A stretch of 64,000 nt of DNA from Acidimicrobiia bacterium. GTDB lineage: Bacteria; Actinomycetota; Acidimicrobiia; Spongiisociales; ZC4RG35. The stretch covers positions 6,863-70,862 of the forward strand of contig DASUUC010000081.1 of NCBI GenBank assembly GCA_036374335.1, read 5' to 3'. Below, piece by piece: positions 58,085-64,000 of the stretch (positions within the stretch are counted from its first letter, which is position 1; each line of letters opens with the position of its first letter). The position numbers were made by a program, and so were the translations under genes. The notes under the pieces are model-generated. The model saw only the letters and a program-made list of their open reading frames with translations. It ran no database searches and had not been told where the DNA came from.

Positions 58085-58724
58085 TCAGGGTTCTGCTCGT
58101 CGACGACGACCACCTGATGCGGGCGGGGTTGACGATGATCATCGAACAGGCCGACGACCTGGTTGTCGTCAATCAGGCGGAGGATGGCGGCAGGCTGTTT
58201 CGCTGGCACGGAGGGAACGTCCCGACGTGGTCCTGATGGACGTGAGGATTCCGCTCCTCGACGGAATCGAGGCAACGCGGGAGATCACGTCCCTGCCCGG
58301 TCCGCCCCGGGTCCTGATCCTCACCACATTCGAGCTGGACGAGTACGTCTTCAACGCTCTCCAAGCCGGTGCATCCGGATTCTTGCTGAAGCGGACCCCT
58401 CCGGAGCAACTCATCGAAGGGATCAGGACTGTTGCGTCCGGAGATGCGCTTCTCTCCCCTCCGGTGACCAAACGACTCATCGCCGAATTCGCCAACCGCC
58501 CCGAGCGCGCGGTCGATCCCAGGTTGGCGGAGCTCACCGACCGGGAGCGTGAGGTGCTGGTCGAGATGGCCAAGGGTCTCTCCAACGAAGAGCTCGCCGA
58601 GACCTTGTTCATCTCGGAGAACACCGTGAAGACCCACGTCAAGCGAGTGCTGACCAAACTGGATGTAAGGGATCGGGTCAATGCCGTGGTGATGACGTAC
58701 CAGGGCGGGCTGATGGACGACTGA
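58081..58724 (+). pseudogene. NarL/LuxR-family response regulator with a 1-nt frameshift in the receiver domain
   Basis: GTG 58081 (GTGA overlap with the kinase stop) gives VIRVLLVDDDHLMRAGLTMIIEQADDLVVVNQAEDGG, then nonsense and a stop. Shifting frame near 58189 gives QAVSLARRERPDVVLMDVRIPLLDG.., continuous with ORF 58227-58724 (LuxR HTH LTDREREVLVEMAKGLSNEELAETLFISENTVKTHV). Confidence 0.65.
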
Positions 58725-58753
58725 GCCGATCTGGGTCTATGCAGTCGCCGGGG

Positions 58754-60211
58754 CTACGTCGCAGCACGAATCCGAAGCGGGCGACCACCTAGCACCACCC
58801 CATTGAGCGACTCGATGGCTCCGTTTGGCCGGTGTTCGATGATGTCGACGAACCCGAATCCCTTGGAGCGCCCGGTCTTCGCCTGCGTGCTGACGGTTGC
58901 TCGCTCGACCGTCCCGTACTCGGCAAAGAGCTCCTCGAGATCTTCGCTTGTGGTCTTCCAGGGGAGATTCCCCACGAAAATGCTTCTGCTCCCGGCGTTG
59001 CGATGTGTGTCGACCCGTCGGCGGCGGTCCTGTTTGCCACTGGCTCGATCTCTGTGAGCTGCTGAGCCTCTGATTCGATGTCCTGCCGTCTCCAGCAAGT
59101 CGATGCGTGGTGTCTCGATGGGAGCCGACAGCTTCAAGTCGCGGAGGAGCTTGCGTACCGCGCCATCCTGTCCATCCGCCACCAGGGTGACGACCACACC
59201 GGTCGCACCCGCTCTTGCAGTCCTACCGGAACGGTGAAGGTAGTCCTTGTGGTCGGCGGCCAGATCGAATTGAACAATTGCGGCCACATCCTCGACGTGG
59301 ATCCCCCGAGCCGCCACGTCGGTGGCGACGAGGACTTGGGCCCTACCCGTCGTGAACGCCCCTAGAGCACGAGTCCGCTGGCTTTGCGACCGACCGCCGT
59401 GCATTGCGACCGCAGAAACATCTTCTCGACCCAGCTGTTTCATCAGACGATCGGCTCCGTGCCTGGTCCTGGTGAAGACGATGGTCCGACCCAACGCTCT
59501 CACGAGACGCGCCGTCTCAGCCGCCCGATCCGATCGGGCGACACGCCAGAAGTGATGGAGCACGTCGAGTTCCTGGGAGTCTCTGGCCTTGGCATCGACC
59601 CGCACCGGATCTCTCTGATAACCCTTGCTCAGGGCTGCGACCTCGCCGTCCAATGTGGCCGAGAACAGGAGCGTCTGACGGTCGGCACTGGTCTCGTCGA
59701 GGATTCTCCGCACCGCAGGCAGAAAGCCCATGTCGGCCATACGGTCGGCTTCGTCGATCACGACGAATGTGGCGTCCCCCAAGGCGACCGACCGGCGCTC
59801 GCTGAGGTCTTCGAGCCTTCCCGGTGTGGCCACCAAAACGTCCACTCCTTTTCGCAACGCGCTCAGTTGAGGGCCGTATGCCACTCCCCCATACACCGCG
59901 GCTACCCGCCGGTCGACGGCTCGGGCGAGGGGGTCGAGGTCTCTTCTGATCTGCTCGGCTAGCTCCCGGGTTGGGGCCAAGACGAGAGCTGCGGGCCGGT
60001 TTCGCTCGGCCTTGGCGACGAGGGACAGGAGGGGGAGACCGAACGCGAGGGTCTTACCGGATCCAGTTGGCGCACTCCCCTGGATGTCTCTCCCGGCCAG
60101 AGCCGGAGGTATGGCAGCAGCCTGCACCGGAAAAGGGCTAGATACACCGAGACGGGTGAGGGATCGCACCAATGGCTCGGGCAGGGCGAGATCACCGAAT
60201 GTGTTGGACAT
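58754..60211 (-). CDS. DEAD-box ATP-dependent RNA helicase with a C-terminal canonical RRM domain
   Basis: Start at MSNTFGDL. Q motif, Walker A APTGSGKT, VIDEADRM (DEAD), SAT, HRSGRTARAG. Then a basic linker and an RRM with RNP-2 IFVGNL and RNP-1 KGFGFVDI. Confidence 0.85.
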   Translation of the reverse strand: MSNTFGDLALPEPLVRSLTRLGVSSPFPVQAAAIPPALAGRDIQGSAPTGSGKTLAFGLPLLSLVAKAERNRPAALVLAPTRELAEQIRRDLDPLARAVDRRVAAVYGGVAYGPQLSALRKGVDVLVATPGRLEDLSERRSVALGDATFVVIDEADRMADMGFLPAVRRILDETSADRQTLLFSATLDGEVAALSKGYQRDPVRVDAKARDSQELDVLHHFWRVARSDRAAETARLVRALGRTIVFTRTRHGADRLMKQLGREDVSAVAMHGGRSQSQRTRALGAFTTGRAQVLVATDVAARGIHVEDVAAIVQFDLAADHKDYLHRSGRTARAGATGVVVTLVADGQDGAVRKLLRDLKLSAPIETPRIDLLETAGHRIRGSAAHRDRASGKQDRRRRVDTHRNAGSRSIFVGNLPWKTTSEDLEELFAEYGTVERATVSTQAKTGRSKGFGFVDIIEHRPNGAIESLNGVVLGGRPLRIRAAT

Positions 60212-60245
60212 GTTTCTTTCTCTCTGAGGGCAGGTAGGCCGGACA

Positions 60246-60287
60246 GTCTCGAGACAGACGCCCGCCATTGGGGCGATAACTCGAGAC
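60246..60287 (-). other. stem-loop in the helicase 5' leader
   Basis: gtctcgag (60246-60253) pairs with ctcgagac (60280-60287) around an inner cgccc/gggcg hairpin, 35-76 nt upstream of the start codon. GTCTCGAGAC is itself a 10-bp palindrome. Confidence 0.35.
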
Positions 60288-60845
60288 TCGGCGGAAAGAG
60301 GTAGTTCAACCGGGCGGGGACATGGCCGTTGACCATCGGGAAAGCGACCGTCCGCTGACCTCCACCCGATGCGGCTCACGCCAAGCTAGCAGCCGGTCTC
60401 ATCTACCCACCATCGCGTCCCCTCTCGTCACGCAGCGGTCAATCTGAGTCGGTTGGAGACAACCGGGCGAGCAGACCCCCCGCTGTTGCCGTCTCGGCCG
60501 CTCCGGCAAACACGTGCACTCCGAGATAGGCAGACAGGCTCCCGGTTATCTGGAGCAGTGAGCAGGACCGACCCGGCAATGAGCGGTTCAACTGCTGTCG
60601 TCCGGGCGGTGGAAAACCCCACGGCGGCAGCCTCGAGCCTCGACCCAGATCCGTTCTCACTGACCATGAGATCCTCCTGGCTCGCGCGACTCGAGCTACC
60701 AATCGGAGAGCACCGTCCGCCCCGCCAAAGGGTTTCGCTTACCAGCCTGCTTCTCCTGTAATGTGTGAAGTGGGGCGGCTGCTAGTGGGCCGATGTCGTC
60801 TCGACGTGTAGTGCTGGGTAACCAGCTCAGCACCAAGGGAGGCCA

Positions 60846-61958
60846 ATGTCCGGACGACCATATTCAGGGGCCCGAACCAGATCGAGAGTCCTCGGCAAAC
60901 TGGCCGGGGCATCGATCGTGACGTTCCTTCTGGCGACGGCAGCATCTGCAGCCATCTCGCCGATCAGCCCCGATAGCGGAACCGTGGAGCCGAAGGAGTC
61001 GGTATCGGCATCGTTCACCGTGGTGGATTCAGCGACGAGTTGTTTCGCAGCTGAGGTTCCTCGGTATTTCTCCGTGACCTTCGACGGTTTGGGGCTCGAG
61101 CCCCTTCCGATCGATTGCGCGCACGAGGGAACCGAAATCACCATGACTGTCGAAGCCGGGGCCAAGGCGCTTCCCGGTGACTACCAGGTCACCATCACGG
61201 AGACTGCGCTCGGTGGTGGGTTGCTCGACACTTACGAGTGGCCGTTTACGGTCCCCGCACCCCCGGCGACGACAACAACCATCCCGGCGACCACGACAAC
61301 GACCATACCGACGACCACGACGACAGAGACCCCTACGACGACTTCTGCTGGGGCCACGACGACCACAACGACTCAATCTGCCACGACAACCGACCCGGGC
61401 AGTCCGACGACCACTGTCCCGGGTATCACCACGAACATCACTGACCCCGCCGGAGCCGGGGGTCCGACCGGCGCCGGCCCCACCACCACCGCGGCCGCCA
61501 CCGGCACTCCGGATACGGCGAGCTCGACCATCGGTACCACCACGGCAACCAGCCGAGGTGGCGATACCTCTGGTGCAGACGGAGCTACGGGGTCCGCTAC
61601 GCCGACCGACGACCAGGATGACCAGGATGTCTTGGCGGCCGGCTCCACGGAGGACAACCTCCCATATGACAGATATCCCGACAGGCTGAGTGACGACGCC
61701 CCCGAAGTCCTGTCGCGGACAGTGCTGACTGATCAACTCAGAAATCAGATCTCCCGCGCCTTCCCCGTGACGATCGCTGACGCGGTTCTCTCCCCGGTGC
61801 TGATCGCCGAATATCTGCTGCGGTCACTGCTGGAGAGCGCGCTGGGTCTGCTGATTCCCATCCTCATTGCGACGCTCCTTGGGTTGTGGATGGTCTGGCG
61901 AATGAGAGAGGAGGTCGAAGATGACGAGCTGGCGTTATCGAGACAGTCGATGGGCTGA
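60846..61958 (+). CDS. secreted/cell-surface protein with a Thr-rich linker and a C-terminal TM anchor
   Basis: 370 aa; N-terminal signal/TM (LAGASIVTFLLATAASAA), roughly 100-aa beta domain, long Thr-rich region, acidic segment, C-terminal helix LLIPILIATLLGLWMVW. RBS AAGGGAGG. Confidence 0.65.
   Translation: MSGRPYSGARTRSRVLGKLAGASIVTFLLATAASAAISPISPDSGTVEPKESVSASFTVVDSATSCFAAEVPRYFSVTFDGLGLEPLPIDCAHEGTEITMTVEAGAKALPGDYQVTITETALGGGLLDTYEWPFTVPAPPATTTTIPATTTTTIPTTTTTETPTTTSAGATTTTTTQSATTTDPGSPTTTVPGITTNITDPAGAGGPTGAGPTTTAAATGTPDTASSTIGTTTATSRGGDTSGADGATGSATPTDDQDDQDVLAAGSTEDNLPYDRYPDRLSDDAPEVLSRTVLTDQLRNQISRAFPVTIADAVLSPVLIAEYLLRSLLESALGLLIPILIATLLGLWMVWRMREEVEDDELALSRQSMG
61267..61392 (+). 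repeat. low-complexity Thr-codon tract
   Basis: ACN-rich DNA encoding PATTTTIPATTTTTIPTTTTTETPTTTSAGATTTTTTQSATTT. Confidence 0.6.
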
Positions 61959-64000
61959 GCGTCTCAATGCTCCCGTGGATTGGAACTCCAGGATCGCCCT
62001 CGTAGCCGTCCTGGCGGCGATCTTCGTCATCGTGGGCGCCGCGGTGATCATCGCACGCGGGGATTCTGCCGAGGAGATCGCCGAAGATGCTCACATCCTG
62101 ATTTGGTCTGAGTCGGTTGCCTCGGCTACGGCCACGGTGCGGGCTGAGGTTCGGGAGGGATTGGTAGTGGGACAGTCGGCATCCGCCGGTGTATTGGACG
62201 ACGAAGCGCCGGCTGAGTCTGCGGCGAGGATCAGAGAGGCCATCGCGGTGTTGGAGGATCGGGTCAACCTCCTTTCAGAAATCGCCCAGACGAGTGGAAT
62301 AAGAGACACGGCCAACGTGGCGGGCGCACAGGCGGGTGCTGTGGCAGATGCCATCGAGGCCGGGAACGTCGCCGAGGCGCTGACAACCGCCGGAGACCAA
62401 CTCAGTCCCACATTCGAGGAGTTGTTGGCGAGAGCCAACGCGGTGAGTCAGGAATCCGCCGAGGACATTGCGGCCGTCAACGCTGGTCTGGGAACGGTGA
62501 CCACCGCGGCTCGGTTCGTGGCCGCTCTGCTCATCCCAGCCTTGGCAGTCTTCCTCTTCTACCGTGCCCTGAGACGAAGCCAGAAGCTGTCGCTACTCCG
62601 GACCGAGCTCGCACGCGAACGTGAGTTGCGGCGAAACAAAGACGCGTTCGTGGCTGCTGCGTCTCATCACGTGAGAACGCCGTTGTCAGCAGTCGTCGGG
62701 CTGACCGAGCTCTTGCGTGACTCCGGCGATTTCAGCCCAGCAGTCAGAGAAGAAGTCATCGGGCTGATCGCAACGGAGGTGGAGGAAACGTCCAACGTGG
62801 TCGACGACCTGTTCGCAGCAGCCCGATACGAGGTGGGTGACTTCGAGCTGGCCGAGGAAAGGCTCGAGGTGAGAGACGTGATCGATGCGGTCACCGGTGA
62901 TTGGGCGGACACGCAGCGGACAAAACTGACCGTCCGGGGCAATGCGGTGGTCCAAGGTGATGAGCGTTGGCTAGGTCACGCGATCCGAAACCTGCTTCGA
63001 ACTGCTTCCTCATCCGGGGGCGAGGACGTCGAAGTCGCCATAGATTTGGCAGATAACCAGGTCCAGATCGACATTTCCGACAACGGTGCGGCGATCCCGG
63101 CAGAGGAAAACGATCGCATCTCCGAGCTGTACTACTCCCACAGCGAGGTGGATGGGCTGACTCCGTCGCTCGGGCTGGGGCTCGCGGTGGCTCGCCGCAT
63201 CGTCAAGGCCAGCGGAGGTGACCTTCGCTACAAGAGGCTCGAGGGCGAGAACGTCTTCAAGATGACCCTTCCTGGCCACAAGTCTCACGTGCTACCCAGA
63301 GATACCTTCAACCGGGTCATCGACCCCGCCGCGGGAATGCCCACCGGGGAGGCAATCGAACGGGTCATCGCCGATGGAGGGCCGCGGGTTGAGTACCAGT
63401 CCATCGTGGCCCTGTCACCGGGCCGCCCCGGTGACATCGAGGTGGTCGGCTATGAGGCATTGGCTCGGCTCGATTCGCACACTGCGATCGATTGGTTCGT
63501 CGCTGCCTCGAGACTGGGGCTACAGGTCGATCTCGAACTGGCCTGCATCCAGGCCGCAATCGAAGGGTTCCACCCCATGGTGGAGGAGGCATTCTTGGCG
63601 GTGAATGTCTCGGACGAGACTCTCCACGCCTCACAGCTCGCACACGTGTTTGCGGACACACCCCCGGGCCGCCTCGTCCTGGAACTCTCCGATACCGCGC
63701 CGATTGCCAGCTATCAGAAAACGAGAGAAGCTCTGAGAGAGCTGAGGGCGACTGGGATTCGGGTGGCTATCGACCACGTCGGGTCCGGCAGACTCGATCT
63801 GGAGCATCTGGCACGCCTCGAGGCTCAGATCATCAAGATCGACATGTCGCTGGTCAGGGCGGCCAACGGCTCCTCACGCATCCGAGGGCTGATCAAAGCG
63901 ACGGTCGCGATGGCGGAAGAGCTCGGAGCCTTCGTCGTGGCCGTCGGCGTGGAAACGGACGACGAGCACGACACACTCACCAGTCTTGGAGTGCAGTTCG
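61921..64000 (+). CDS. membrane sensor histidine kinase fused to a C-terminal EAL domain (partial, runs off the right edge)
   Basis: Own translation (no stop inside the window, so absent from the ORF track). Two TM helices flank a roughly 150-aa periplasmic helical region. HisKA FVAAASHHVRTPLSAVVGL; HATPase ..IRNLLRTASS..ISDNGAAIP..SLGLGLAVARRIV. Then EAL domain VEYQSIVAL..GYEALARL..LAVNVS..LVLELSD..VAIDHVGSG..IKIDMSLV..VVAVGVET. Start ATG 61921 (overlaps the upstream gene by 38 nt) or GTG 61975. Confidence 0.75.
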   Translation, partial: MTSWRYRDSRWAERLNAPVDWNSRIALVAVLAAIFVIVGAAVIIARGDSAEEIAEDAHILIWSESVASATATVRAEVREGLVVGQSASAGVLDDEAPAESAARIREAIAVLEDRVNLLSEIAQTSGIRDTANVAGAQAGAVADAIEAGNVAEALTTAGDQLSPTFEELLARANAVSQESAEDIAAVNAGLGTVTTAARFVAALLIPALAVFLFYRALRRSQKLSLLRTELARERELRRNKDAFVAAASHHVRTPLSAVVGLTELLRDSGDFSPAVREEVIGLIATEVEETSNVVDDLFAAARYEVGDFELAEERLEVRDVIDAVTGDWADTQRTKLTVRGNAVVQGDERWLGHAIRNLLRTASSSGGEDVEVAIDLADNQVQIDISDNGAAIPAEENDRISELYYSHSEVDGLTPSLGLGLAVARRIVKASGGDLRYKRLEGENVFKMTLPGHKSHVLPRDTFNRVIDPAAGMPTGEAIERVIADGGPRVEYQSIVALSPGRPGDIEVVGYEALARLDSHTAIDWFVAASRLGLQVDLELACIQAAIEGFHPMVEEAFLAVNVSDETLHASQLAHVFADTPPGRLVLELSDTAPIASYQKTREALRELRATGIRVAIDHVGSGRLDLEHLARLEAQIIKIDMSLVRAANGSSRIRGLIKATVAMAEELGAFVVAVGVETDDEHDTLTSLGVQF

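Noticed and set aside
60330-60420. GGGAAAGCGACCGTCC string reminiscent of the RNase P RNA GGAAAGTCCGG core
   Set aside because: The match is only partial. The surrounding sequence lacks the other universally conserved RNase P segments and the expected length and structure.
61267-61392. Repetitive ACGAC-rich DNA as a possible tandem repeat element or CRISPR-like array
   Set aside because: It is in frame inside a long ORF and simply encodes a poly-Thr linker. There are no regular repeat-spacer units. The same applies to 39191-39297.

Overview
High-GC, densely coding chromosomal segment with Actinomycetota-like gene content (YciI/DGPF plus long ECF sigma, DUF1918, about 1600-aa NAD-glutamate dehydrogenase, DevS-like PAS-GAF kinase). 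All calls come from reading the ORF translations and the DNA by eye; no searches were run. I saw no rRNA, tRNA, CRISPR array, transposase, integrase or phage genes. Content, left to right: (1) ECF sigma module and a PspC/LiaF-like envelope-stress operon. (2) A glycosyltransferase/GH130 cluster flanked by gene remnants and co-directional with a NarL-type response regulator. (3) A stress or dormancy-type gene set: PAS-GAF histidine kinase, phosphoribosyltransferase, three USPs, CBS-pair protein, Hsp20, Dps, PEP synthase, two P-type ATPases, a CaCA exchanger. (4) The large NAD-GDH. (5) A tightly overlapped five-gene operon: acyl-CoA synthetase, E1 alpha, E1 beta, lipoyl-E2 and a carrier protein. 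(6) Two RRM-containing genes: a stand-alone RRM protein and a DEAD-box helicase with a C-terminal RRM. (7) A roughly 4-kb patch (54.7-58.7 kb) where six of seven genes look disrupted. (8) A partial histidine-kinase/EAL hybrid with degenerate catalytic motifs at the right edge. Most interesting: the E1/E2 plus carrier-protein operon; the DosR-regulon-like gene set with DosR-box-like motifs upstream of USP and Hsp20 genes; the pseudogene patch; gene remnants flanking the glycosyltransferase cassette; the degenerate HK-EAL. Several apparent frameshifts could equally be assembly errors. This cannot be resolved from the sequence alone.
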